Part shown: one piece after another, positions 18,559 to 27,249 of the stretch
Numbering within the stretch: the first letter of the stretch is position 1
How the letters are laid out: every line of letters starts with the position of its first letter
Assembly: GCA_965213995.1 (NCBI GenBank)
Contig: OZ243929.1
Span: forward strand, 92,134-156,133
Reading direction: 5' to 3'
Origin: Gammaproteobacteria bacterium
GTDB lineage: Bacteria; Pseudomonadota; Gammaproteobacteria; Steroidobacterales; Foliamicaceae
Length of the DNA: 64,000 nucleotides
Translations under genes and position numbers: made by a program
The notes under the pieces: generated by a model
The model's database searches: none
What the model was told of the DNA's origin: nothing
What the model saw: only the letters and a program-made list of their open reading frames with translations

Positions 18559-19275
18559 ATGGAAAGAGACCAAATCGCATCCAGGATAAGAGAAGAGATC
18601 GAAAAGTTCGTTGCCGATCATTGGGCCGCTACTAAGTCCGTTTGTTACCTAAGTTCGATCGGTATCCATCTGAACCATACGGTACCCAACAGCAACGAGG
18701 TTCTTGAGAAAGGCCTGAAAGAATTCCTTCGGCAAAATCCTATTGTGCAGGTGCTTCAGTTTCCGGGAGTGGAACAGAAAGTCGGTGCCGTGCCCCTTTC
18801 CGTTTCATTGCCAGACGACATCAAGCGGCTATTTTCGCGACATGGAGAAATATCAGCCGTGCGAAACCGGAATCTGTATTTGGATGAGTTCTGGGATGCC
18901 TTTGTTCGCCCGATTGAAGACCGTCCTCGTTATATTCTTATAGACCAAGCCGGAGGCATCAGTATTTACGAGGGATATCGAGATGATGAAGATCGTAACG
19001 CCTATGAGATCACATCTCAGGATTTGACCAATACGGCTGCCGATGAATCGATTGCGGATAAGGTGAAAGCAACGCACCGTGCAATTGACCGCTGGTTATA
19101 CAAGCACTCCTTGGAACGCTGCGTGTTTCTGCAACCGCCGCGTCAAAAACAAGGCGTTATGCGTGGCAGTCGCCTTTCGCTTCTCATTAGGGCGTTTGAT
19201 GGATTACCGCAGGAAGATCTGTCGAGAATCAAGGTTCCTCTCGACATCTTGACTAAGCTAAGTTCGAAGGGATGA
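18559..19275 (+). CDS. Hypothetical protein (no family recognised)
   Basis: 238-aa ORF with a strong RBS (AAGGAAGGA, 5 nt before the ATG). GC is visibly lower than the flanks. Its stop overlaps the next start (ATGA). Confidence 0.6.
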   Translation: MERDQIASRIREEIEKFVADHWAATKSVCYLSSIGIHLNHTVPNSNEVLEKGLKEFLRQNPIVQVLQFPGVEQKVGAVPLSVSLPDDIKRLFSRHGEISAVRNRNLYLDEFWDAFVRPIEDRPRYILIDQAGGISIYEGYRDDEDRNAYEITSQDLTNTAADESIADKVKATHRAIDRWLYKHSLERCVFLQPPRQKQGVMRGSRLSLLIRAFDGLPQEDLSRIKVPLDILTKLSSKG

Positions 19276-20120
19276 CAATCGAACATTACATCGTCTTTAT
19301 CGGCGCGAGCCAGCCATTGGCAGACGAGCTTTCCCTTTTGGAGGATCGAATTTCGAAATCTCGCGTAGTCGCCCCCGCCATGAAGAAAAATCAAACCGGA
19401 CTTACCGACGCAGCAATTGAACGGACCGCTAATGAACTGCACGACCAGTTGTCCGAGGATGATGACCCTTCACCAATTGCACGCCTTTATCTGTGGATGT
19501 ACAGGCCGATGGCTTCGCATCAATTCAAACGAGTGTGGCAGGCCTTTGGCCACGCCCCTTGGATTGAGACAATACCAACGTCCTATTTGCATAAGGCACG
19601 CCCTACTAGGGAGTGCTTGCAAAACAGGACAAATGAAATTCGTCCGCTATTGCACGAAGTATCACACTCTACCTACGCGCAGCGAAAGTCGTCTCCGCTT
19701 TCCTTACCCCTTCGCAACTTCAAGTCCACGGTTACCATGGACTTGAGAACCTACTGGTACAACGATCTCAGCAAAGAACAGCTATCCAATGAAATACGGC
19801 GACTAAAGACACTATACTCAAGAATGAAAAAATCAGCTAAGCAAGGCTATAGAGATGACAGGGCATTGATATTCCAACCAGCAAACGACAATCAATGCCA
19901 CGGCATGCCGCATCCTTCAGGATCTGAAAAGAAGGCCTTTCTTTGTGGAAGATTTCGTTACGGAGTGTCGCTTTTCCCCGGATTTCATTTCGATGTGTCG
20001 GCGGAAAAGTCCTCCACCATCCAATGTCATCTCTGGGGGCCATCCGGAGACCGGAGGCGGGCTCGCAACAGGACGTATGTCAATATTTTTCCTAATGACT
20101 ACATTCTCCCAGAACAATAG
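19272..20120 (+). CDS. Hypothetical protein (no family recognised)
   Basis: 282-aa ORF translationally coupled to 18559..19275. The C-terminal block is ...CGRFRYGVSLFPGFHFDVSAEKS...YVNIFPNDYI. Low GC. Confidence 0.6.
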   Translation: MTIEHYIVFIGASQPLADELSLLEDRISKSRVVAPAMKKNQTGLTDAAIERTANELHDQLSEDDDPSPIARLYLWMYRPMASHQFKRVWQAFGHAPWIETIPTSYLHKARPTRECLQNRTNEIRPLLHEVSHSTYAQRKSSPLSLPLRNFKSTVTMDLRTYWYNDLSKEQLSNEIRRLKTLYSRMKKSAKQGYRDDRALIFQPANDNQCHGMPHPSGSEKKAFLCGRFRYGVSLFPGFHFDVSAEKSSTIQCHLWGPSGDRRRARNRTYVNIFPNDYILPEQ

Positions 20121-20426
20121 AGGCGGAGTATGAGATTCATAGCTCCGCCGTCAATTCTGTCTGAGCTGTAGCCACGGATTCAACTACTTTGTAGTCGATC
20201 GCCGAGTGCGGCAATCTAGCCTCTATGATCATAGCTAGCGCGACACTTGTGCGGTCCCCTCTAACGTGCGCCACTCAGAATTCGCCGTTAAGAGCTTTCC
20301 GCCGAACAAAGCTAGTACGCACAGTATTCGATAATGCACTCTATTGTCAATGCGCTGTGCGGCTTCGCCAGGCCTGCCCGAAGGTCGGGGGCACCCTGAT
20401 CTTGCTCATGCAATATGCGGGCCAGG

Positions 20427-20651
20427 GGGCTTGTCCCGGCGCTGCTGGAACGCGGCGGCGGACTGCCTTACAGCGAGCTTTTCGACTTCGTGGAAGAACT
20501 TGGCGAGCGAATTTTCGCATCGTTCGGCACGAACGCCACGCAGTTCATCCGGGATGCCGAGCACAGCGGCTTCCTCGCGCCCGCGGACGACGAACACGCC
20601 TATTCCATGCCCATCCCCTCGTTCGCCCGATACCTGCTTGGCGACGGCTAG
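20427..20651 (+). pseudogene. 3' fragment of a P-loop ATPase paralogue
   Basis: LVPALLERGGGLPYSELFDFVEELGERIFASFGTNATQFIRDAEHSGFLAPADDEHAYSMPIPSFARYLLGDG aligns to the C-terminus of 6403..7764. Confidence 0.75.
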
Positions 20652-20663
20652 GCGGGAGGACAC

Positions 20664-22136
20664 CTACGGATGGCTTCTGGCCGGGGGTGTCGCAGCCGCC
20701 GCCGACCGGTCGGGATGCTGATCCAGCATGGGCCTGATCTCGCGCAGCACGGCGTCGGCAATTACGCGATAGCCTTCCGGCGAGTAGTGCGAATAGGGAT
20801 GGAAGAACATGTCCCCCGGTCGCCCCGTCTCCAAAAAAGCGGCGTGGCCATCGACGACGGGCACGCCCAAGCGTTCGAACAGGTCGAGTGCCTTGTCGCG
20901 CACGCCAAGCGTTCTTGGCATGTAATGCCGATGCTCGTTGCATTCGTTGTGCCAGGATTCGACGCTGCCGCAATAGCGCTCGGCGCTCGGCTGGTAAACC
21001 ACCACTAGCTGACCCCCCCCCCCCCCCCCCCAGTTGTGGACCAGATCCCGTGCGGCGCTCAGCGCAGCCTCGGTCGGGGCGAACCCGGAGCGGGTCGCGT
21101 TCGGATGAGTGATGATGCCCAAGCGCGACCGGGTCGCCCGCAGCATAAGCAGGTGGCCGATCTCCTTGGCTCGGCTTATAAGCACTATATTAGCTGTCTT
21201 GGCCCTTAGGGCGAAATCGATTTCTTCTTGCATCGCCCGGAGCCCAAAAGGGGCCCGCGCGGTTAGGTAGCGTCGAAGCTCGGGCTTTAAGGCTTCGACC
21301 ATTGCGTCCTTAATGTCGTTGCCCTCATAAAAGCCCCACACGACAATTCGAGGTCTCGCCATTGATGCGTACTCGATCAGCGCCGCCAAGCTGGTAAGAG
21401 GTCCTGCCCCGCTGATTCCCAAGTTGAGGGTTCGGGGGATTGATGTTCGGATGCGGCCCGCCACCGAGTCGGCGCGCGGCACACAGATGTTATGCATGAA
21501 CGAGTCGCCGGCCAACACCACATCCAAGGGTGCGGGGTCATGCAAGCCGAGGGGATTGTTGAACCCATGCTCGTCGCTGAAATAGGTTTCGAACTGGCCT
21601 GACTCGTTGCAGCCCACGGTTGTCACTTCGGATATGCCAGCGAGTGTGATCAGCTGCGGCCCATCGGGCTGGGAGATGTAGGCTTGGTTGCTTGGCGGGC
21701 CTAAGAAGGGAAATACGTCGGTGTTGTTGCGGCGCAAGTCGCGAATGAAGGCCCAAAAGCGTATCTCACCGACCGGGCGACCCGCCGCCTGTGCAAAGGA
21801 GACCAGTGTTTTTCCCCTAAAGCCTCGCGCCGTGTCATCCTGCAGACGCAACAAAACCTCCACAAGCAGGATGGCCGCCCCGCTGACGGCGACCAGCAGG
21901 GCGATGTTGGACCGTGTCGGAGAAGGGAGGCGCAGTGATAACGCAAGCAGGATGGCCAACACAGCGCAGCAGATGATGGAGGCAGCAATTAAGAACCAGT
22001 CGTTCCCTGTAGGATTTGCTGGCTGAACGAAATTGCTGAAGAAAAGCCAAAGCGCGATGAGGGCGAAGTAGAGCGCGGCGAGCGCCAGTATCGCCTTGGG
22101 CAGCCAGCGCAGCCTCGCTCTATTTGATGCTGCCAT
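20664..22136 (-). CDS. Membrane-anchored SGNH/GDSL-like hydrolase-family protein (paralogue B)
   Basis: 490-aa ORF with VVLAGDSFMHN and HYSPEGY blocks. It contains the C19 tract, read as Gly6. Confidence 0.6.
   Translation of the reverse strand: MAASNRARLRWLPKAILALAALYFALIALWLFFSNFVQPANPTGNDWFLIAASIICCAVLAILLALSLRLPSPTRSNIALLVAVSGAAILLVEVLLRLQDDTARGFRGKTLVSFAQAAGRPVGEIRFWAFIRDLRRNNTDVFPFLGPPSNQAYISQPDGPQLITLAGISEVTTVGCNESGQFETYFSDEHGFNNPLGLHDPAPLDVVLAGDSFMHNICVPRADSVAGRIRTSIPRTLNLGISGAGPLTSLAALIEYASMARPRIVVWGFYEGNDIKDAMVEALKPELRRYLTARAPFGLRAMQEEIDFALRAKTANIVLISRAKEIGHLLMLRATRSRLGIITHPNATRSGFAPTEAALSAARDLVHNWGGGGGGQLVVVYQPSAERYCGSVESWHNECNEHRHYMPRTLGVRDKALDLFERLGVPVVDGHAAFLETGRPGDMFFHPYSHYSPEGYRVIADAVLREIRPMLDQHPDRSAAAATPPARSHP
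21013..21031. repeat. Homopolymer C19 inside the SGNH paralogue B coding sequence
   Basis: gaCCCCCCCCCCCCCCCCCCCag. Paralogue A has gaccgccccag at the same place (1370s), a 12-nt in-frame difference (WGGQ versus WGGGGGGQ). Confidence 0.9.
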
Positions 22137-22309
22137 TGAGGGATATCGTTCCCATTGGCCAAGGGCGCGCGGTCGCTTTGGCGTTTAACGGCAATCCGAT
22201 TTGCCCGTGCTCCCACAAAGCGACAGGACTGCGGGCATTTGGTTGGGGGGGGCATGGCGAGGGTGCGATTTGTGCGGGTTTAGCGAAGTGTGCAATTATA
22301 TCGCCGCGC

Positions 22310-22729
22310 ATGAAAACCCGAAAAACTAAACTTGGTCCGAACGGCGCCGACCGCTCTTTTGGATTGCTGCTTGCCGTTGTCCTTGCTTTGGCGGGCTTTT
22401 GGCCATGGGTTGCCGCACGCTCCCTCATCGCCATGCCCAACGGCTGGGCGTTGGCGGGTGCCGCGGCGGCACTGGCGGCGGCGCTCCTGAGGCCGGGGCT
22501 GCTCGGTCCCGCCACACGGGCCTGGCTGTTCCTCGGTCGCCTGCTGCACCGGGTGTTTAGCCCGTTGGCCATGGGAATCATCTTCTTTCTAGTGGTGACG
22601 CCGCTCGCGCTCGCGATGCGCCTGACCGGGAGGGACCCGATGCGGCGCCGATTTGAGCCGGCAATGCCCAGCTATTGGATCCGTCGCGATCCCGCCCCCC
22701 AGCCGGATACGATGAGAAACCAGTTTTAG
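22310..22729 (+). CDS. SxtJ-like small membrane protein (paralogue B)
   Basis: MKTRKTKLGPNGADRSFGLLLAVVLALAGFW... aligns with 2533..2961. The start is an internal ATG of track ORF 22124..22729. Confidence 0.5.
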   Translation: MKTRKTKLGPNGADRSFGLLLAVVLALAGFWPWVAARSLIAMPNGWALAGAAAALAAALLRPGLLGPATRAWLFLGRLLHRVFSPLAMGIIFFLVVTPLALAMRLTGRDPMRRRFEPAMPSYWIRRDPAPQPDTMRNQF

Positions 22730-22927
22730 CGTTTGGCGCCGCGGTTCGCCAAGGCGTGTGCCATCCGGGCGGGGAAGTGGGGTGCTTCAGCGGATGTTCA
22801 GGCCGCGGATGAGGGCGGCGCGAAAGCTGTTCTCGGGGTGCCGAACCAACACCCTGCTTCCCGCTCTGACTTAATCGCCGCAATCGTGGATAATGCGGCT
22901 GGCGGAACGATGCACCTCGGAGGTTTC

Positions 22928-23074
22928 ATGTTGCTGCGGGAACTCTGGCTCTACATGCGCGTGCGCAAGAAGTGGTGGCTGCTGCCGATCCTGGTGGTGC
23001 TACTGCTGCTCGGCGGGCTGATCGTGCTGACCGAGGGAAGCGTTGTCGCGCCGTTCATCTACACCGTCTTCTAG
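22928..23074 (+). CDS. DUF5989/SxtK-like 48-aa membrane peptide (paralogue B)
   Basis: MLLRELWLYMRVRKKWWLLPILVVLLLLGGLIVLTEGSVVAPFIYTVF*, the C-terminal part of track ORF 22733..23074. Confidence 0.6.
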   Translation: MLLRELWLYMRVRKKWWLLPILVVLLLLGGLIVLTEGSVVAPFIYTVF

Positions 23075-23082
23075 CATCCCGT

Positions 23083-24918
23083 ATGCGCGTGCTCGGCATT
23101 TCGGCGTTTTACCATGACAGCGCCGCTGCCCTAGTCGTGGATGGCGAGGTGGTCGCCGCCGCCCAGGAGGAACGGTTCACCCGCCTGAAGCACGACCGGT
23201 CATTTCCGCGCGGCGCCATTGCCTGCTGCCTGGATGTGGCCGGCCTGTCGCTGGACCAAGTCGATCTCGTCGCCTTCTACGACAAGCCGTTCCTCACGTT
23301 CGAGCGCCTGCTTGAGACCTACCTGTCCTTCGCGCCCAGGGGGTTTCGGTCGTTTTCGGCAGCCATGCCGACCTGGATGAAGGAGAAGCTGTTCCAAAAG
23401 CGCCTGCTGGGGCAGGCGTTGCGCGGCTTCGACCCCGATTTCGATAGCGAAGCGAAACTGGTGTTCGCCGAGCACCACCAGTCGCACGCGGCCAGCGCTT
23501 TTTTCCCGTCGCCGTTCGATTCGGCCGCCGTGCTCACCATCGACGGCGTCGGGGAATGGGCAACGACGACGCTCAGCTTGGGCGAAGGCAACCGAATTGA
23601 GGTGGTGCGCGAGCTGCACTTTCCGCATTCCCTTGGCCTGCTCTACAGCGCCTTCACGCAATATCTCGGCTTCCGGGTCAATTCCGGCGAGTACAAGGTC
23701 ATGGGGTTGGCGCCCTACGGCGAACCGCGGCACGCCCGCGCGATCCTCGACCGCCTGATTGATGTCAAGGAGGACGGCACCTTCCGCTTGGATATGAACT
23801 ACTTCGGATACTGCACCGGGCTGCGGATGACCAACCGCCGCTTCGAGGCCCTGTTCGGCCAGCCCGCCCGCAGGCCCGGGGACCGGCTTGAGCCGTTCCA
23901 TATGGATGTCGCCGCCTCGGTGCAGGCGGTCACCGAGGAGGTGGTTGAACGCCTGGGACGGTCGATTGCGAACGAGACGGGAGCCCGCAACCTGTGCCTT
24001 GCCGGCGGGGTTGCCCTCAACTGCGTCGCCAACGGCAGGCTGTTGCGCAGCCGCGCCTTCGAGAATGTCTGGATTCAACCGGCTGCGGGGGATGCCGGAG
24101 GCAGCCTAGGCGCCGCCTTGGCGGCCTATCACCACCACTTGGGCCACCCCCGGCACCGGACGACAGGCGGCGACGGGATGCGGGGCGCCTATCTCGGCCC
24201 GGCATTCGACGACGAGACGGTCGCGGCGCGATTGGCGCGGGCGGGGGCGCGCTTCCGCCGCCTAGAGGACGCGGAGCTATTGGAAAGCGCCGTCAACGCG
24301 CTGGCCAGCGGCTGGGCGCTGGGCTGGTTCCAAGGCCGGATGGAGTTCGGCCCCCGGGCGTTGGGAAACCGCTCGATCCTCGGCGACCCGCGCTCGCCGG
24401 CCATGCAGCGCTCCCTGAACCTGCGCGTCAAGTTTCGGGAAAGCTTCCGTCCCTTCGCGCCCTCGGTGCTGCGCGAGGATGTTGCGGACTGGTTCGAACT
24501 GGATATCGACAGCCCTTACATGCTGGTCGTGGCCGATGTCCGGCAGGAGCGCCGCCGACCCCTTTCCCAAGCGGACGAAGCGCTGGAGGGGGTGGACCGA
24601 GTCAACGCCGTGCGCTCCGAGATTCCCGCCGTGACCCACGTGGACCATTCGGCGCGGATTCAGACGGTGGGACGGGACACCAACCCCAAGTACCACGCGC
24701 TGCTATCCGCGTTCAAGCAGCGCACGGGCTGCCCGGTGCTGGTCAACACCTCGTTCAACGTGCGCGGCGAACCGATCGTGTGCGCGCCGGAGGACGCGTT
24801 CCGCTGCTTCATGGGCACCGATATCGAGGCGCTGGCCGTGGGCAACTGCTTCCTGCTGAAGAACGAACAGGATGCAGCGCTCAGGCGCGACTACCGCCGC
24901 GAGTTCAAGCCGGACTGA
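23083..24918 (+). CDS. Carbamoyltransferase (NodU/CmcH/SxtI family), paralogue B
   Basis: MRVLGISAFYHDSAAALV...; differs from 4490..6325 by only a handful of residues. Confidence 0.9.
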   Translation: MRVLGISAFYHDSAAALVVDGEVVAAAQEERFTRLKHDRSFPRGAIACCLDVAGLSLDQVDLVAFYDKPFLTFERLLETYLSFAPRGFRSFSAAMPTWMKEKLFQKRLLGQALRGFDPDFDSEAKLVFAEHHQSHAASAFFPSPFDSAAVLTIDGVGEWATTTLSLGEGNRIEVVRELHFPHSLGLLYSAFTQYLGFRVNSGEYKVMGLAPYGEPRHARAILDRLIDVKEDGTFRLDMNYFGYCTGLRMTNRRFEALFGQPARRPGDRLEPFHMDVAASVQAVTEEVVERLGRSIANETGARNLCLAGGVALNCVANGRLLRSRAFENVWIQPAAGDAGGSLGAALAAYHHHLGHPRHRTTGGDGMRGAYLGPAFDDETVAARLARAGARFRRLEDAELLESAVNALASGWALGWFQGRMEFGPRALGNRSILGDPRSPAMQRSLNLRVKFRESFRPFAPSVLREDVADWFELDIDSPYMLVVADVRQERRRPLSQADEALEGVDRVNAVRSEIPAVTHVDHSARIQTVGRDTNPKYHALLSAFKQRTGCPVLVNTSFNVRGEPIVCAPEDAFRCFMGTDIEALAVGNCFLLKNEQDAALRRDYRREFKPD

Positions 24919-24927
24919 GTGCAGATA

Positions 24928-25568
24928 ATGGAGCGTGTGCGAAATTACCTGCAGTATGGATGTGGTTGGTCGGCACCGAAAGGCTGGAGAAATTTCGACG
25001 CGTCGCCCACGCTGCGCTTTGAGCGCCTGCCGCTGATAGGAAGGCTATACACCCGAAACAGCCAGCGATTTCCTGAGAATGTTGAGTACGGGGATATCGT
25101 AAAGGGCCTGCCGGTCGCCGAGGAATCGTTCCATGGTGTCTATTGCTCTCATGTGCTGGAGCACCTGTCCTTGGCCGACTTCAGGACGGCTTTGATCAAC
25201 ACATGGCGTATTCTGAGGCCTGGAGGGGGGGGGTATTTCGCCTCGTCCTGCCGGATTTGGAGCACATGGTTAACCGGTACATCGACGACTGTTCGGAAAG
25301 TGCTGCTCACACATTTATGACGGACACCGGGTTGGGGGCACTGAAGCGGGACCGCAGTTTACGCGGTTTCGTGGTCTCCTATATGGGCAATTCGAAACAT
25401 CTATGGATGTGGGACTTCAAATCCATCGCAGCGGAGCTTTCACGTGCCGGATTCACCGGCATCCGCAGGGCGGCCTTCGGCGACAGCCCGGATGCCGCCT
25501 TTTCGGAAGTGGAAGAAAAAGATCGGTGGGAGAACTGCCTTGGTGTCGAATGCAGAAGGCTTGCTTGA
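24928..25568 (+). pseudogene. Class I SAM methyltransferase disrupted (or phase-switched) at a G9 tract
   Basis: Frame 1 reads ...YCSHVLEHLSLADFRTALINTWRILRPGGG. The sequence continues sensibly only in another frame (VFRLVLPDLEHMVNRY...WENCLGVECRRLA). The switch is at G9 25225-25233; G10 or G7 would give one ORF. Confidence 0.7.
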
Positions 25569-25595
25569 TATCGCCTGCATTCGCTGAAGGGCAAT

Positions 25596-25697
25596 ATGGC
25601 AGGCATGTGGAGTATCCGCGTGTCAGGGAACTGGCGCGTTGTGTTTCGCTTCGAAGGCGACAAAGCAGTGGATGTGGACCTGATGGATTACCATTAG
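25596..25697 (+). pseudogene. higB: HigB-type toxin, C-terminal remnant
   Basis: MAGMWSIRVSGNWRVVFRFEGDKAVDVDLMDYH* matches the C-terminal third of the intact HigB at 53003..53302. Confidence 0.65.
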
Positions 25698-25714
25698 GCT
25701 AGTAAACTAGGAGG

Positions 25715-25981
25715 ATGGCGATTATGGCAATGCTGAATCCCTGTCATCCGGGCGAGACGTTGCGTGACGATCTTGCGGCGGAGGGGCTCACAGTGACTGA
25801 TGCGGCAGAGCGGCTCGGCTGCGCACGGCAGGCGCTGTCCGAGTTGCTCAACGGAAAAATCGGAATCTCTCCGGCGATGGCACTGGCGCTGGAGAGACTG
25901 GGATGGAGCGATGCAAGCTGCTGGATGCGTCTCCAGGCAGCCTACGATCTGGCCCAGGAACAGCGTCAACGTGCGGCTTGA
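25715..25981 (+). CDS. higA: HigA-type antitoxin (XRE HTH)
   Basis: 88 aa. HPGETLRDDLAAEGLTVTDAAERLGCARQALSELLNGKIGISPAMALALERL...[10 protein letters not shown] resembles 53315..53605. Confidence 0.75.
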   Translation: MAIMAMLNPCHPGETLRDDLAAEGLTVTDAAERLGCARQALSELLNGKIGISPAMALALERLGWSDASCWMRLQAAYDLAQEQRQRAA

Positions 25982-26025
25982 CCATGCCAGCGCTGGTTGG
26001 CCGTCCGTCACGCGGAAAGGGATGA

Positions 26026-26197
26026 ATGCGAGCAGTAGTCACGGGAGCAGGGGGGCATAGGGCACCATCTTGTCAGCCGCCTCAAGGACGAGGGCCATTG
26101 GATGCGGGGAGTGGACCTGAAGATGCCGGAGTTCGAGGGCAGCGCGGCGGACGAATTCCTGGTTGCGGATCTTCGGCGCTATGAAAACTGCGTCCGG
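26026..26197 (+). pseudogene. 5' fragment of an epimerase paralogue (copy of 27742..27913)
   Basis: Degenerate copy of MRAVVTGAGGFIGHHLVSRLKGEGHWVRGVDLKRPEFEGS..ADEFLVADLRRYENC with an in-frame stop (gggcatagggc). Confidence 0.7.
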
Positions 26198-26199
26198 GC

Positions 26200-26500
26200 T
26201 AGCCGATATTGCGGCATCATCGTTCGGAGCGCAAAAGTTGGATCAGGCTGGCCGGCGAGCGCCAAGATCGCCTTGGGCAGCCAGCGCAGCTTAAGCGGCC
26301 TCAACATCGCACCGTATCAGTTCCTCGCACACCGCCGCTTGGGCGCTGTGGAGATGTGCTGGCCACCCCTTGGAGAGGCCGGCGCGCAAACCCGCTAGGG
26401 CATCAATTTTCTTTCTGCCGGCCAGCAAAAAACAGTGCTCGGTCGCGATCTTTCGATTGGGCGATTTTTTCCGCAAGATTGGCATCAAACCGCATGGTTC
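26200..26500 (-). pseudogene. Mosaic of short fragments (flippase 3' end, SGNH 5' end, internally deleted ATPase of the 30098..31288 type)
   Basis: Segments match 29950-29975, 30050-30097, ~30490-30590 and ~31190-31290 in the same order but with large internal deletions. Confidence 0.6.
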
Positions 26501-26575
26501 AATTATGCCCGATACCAGTAGGGCGATGGGCGTTCGGCGCTATGTATAATCCGACGCGAGTTTTGGTGATGCCTC

Positions 26576-26959
26576 ATGCAGGATAACCCTTTAAATAGCC
26601 AGCCGTTTCCGGTGCCTAGCCGCTCCCAAGGCCCACTTTCCCAAGAAGACCAAGACGCTTGCGTTGAAGAGATCGTCAAGCGGATCGTGGCGGGGTTCAA
26701 TCCCAAGCGGATCTTTCTTTTCGGATCACGCGCCCGTGGCGACCACCATGCGGATAGCGATGTGGACCTGCTTGTGGAGGTGGAGGGGGGCGACCCATTC
26801 AAGCTGGGGGTGGACATGCGCAGGGCTGTATTCCGAAGCCCGCTGGGCAAGGACATCGTCGTCGTTCCCAAGGAGGACTGGGAGGGGCGTGCGAAGTCCA
26901 TGTTCGACATTGTGCGCTACGCTATGGGCGATAGGGCTGTGTGCCTTCATGAGCGATGA
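26576..26959 (+). CDS. Minimal nucleotidyltransferase (MNT-type, HEPN-partner antitoxin-like)
   Basis: RIFLFGSRARGDHHADSDVDLLVEV is a GS...DxD nucleotidyltransferase motif. An overlapping ATGA start of a partner gene (MSDDAPRA) is cut off after 8 codons at a recombination junction. Confidence 0.65.
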   Translation: MQDNPLNSQPFPVPSRSQGPLSQEDQDACVEEIVKRIVAGFNPKRIFLFGSRARGDHHADSDVDLLVEVEGGDPFKLGVDMRRAVFRSPLGKDIVVVPKEDWEGRAKSMFDIVRYAMGDRAVCLHER

Positions 26960-27031
26960 CGCGCCCCGGGCGACCGCATACAGCCTTGATCTCATTGGGA
27001 CAGCAATGAAATGACCTGACTTCGTGGCACA

Positions 27032-27249
27032 ATGCCGATGATGGCGCTGCTCGACGAAAACTACCGGGATGATGGTCGCCTGCGCGAACAGGATCGGGTT
27101 TTGGCGGCGGACTTCCTGGCGGACGAAGACCGTGCCCAGATCACCGGGCGCGCGCGAACTACTACCGGCAGCGCATCGCGCGGCTGACGCGCCGCAACAT
27201 CGAATTCGGCAATCTGGCAAGGAGGCTCGCTCCGCTTTTCGAGGGCCGC
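27032..27249 (+). pseudogene. Internally deleted P-loop ATPase paralogue
   Basis: The first ~42 codons (MPMMALLDENYRDDGRLREQDRVLAADFLADEDRAQITGR) join directly to ..ANYYRQRIARLTRRNIEFGNLARRLAPLFEGR (codons ~350-380 of 31546..32880). The junction lies in the shared string gggcgcgcgcg. Confidence 0.7.

Larger units (their letters stand above)
20427..24918. repeat. Segmental duplication B of the (ATPase 3' end)/SGNH/sxtJ-like/DUF5989/carbamoyltransferase module
   Basis: Colinear with 1027-2961 plus 4166-6325. The carbamoyltransferase halves are nearly identical at the nucleotide level; the SGNH and sxtJ-like genes are more diverged. Confidence 0.85.
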
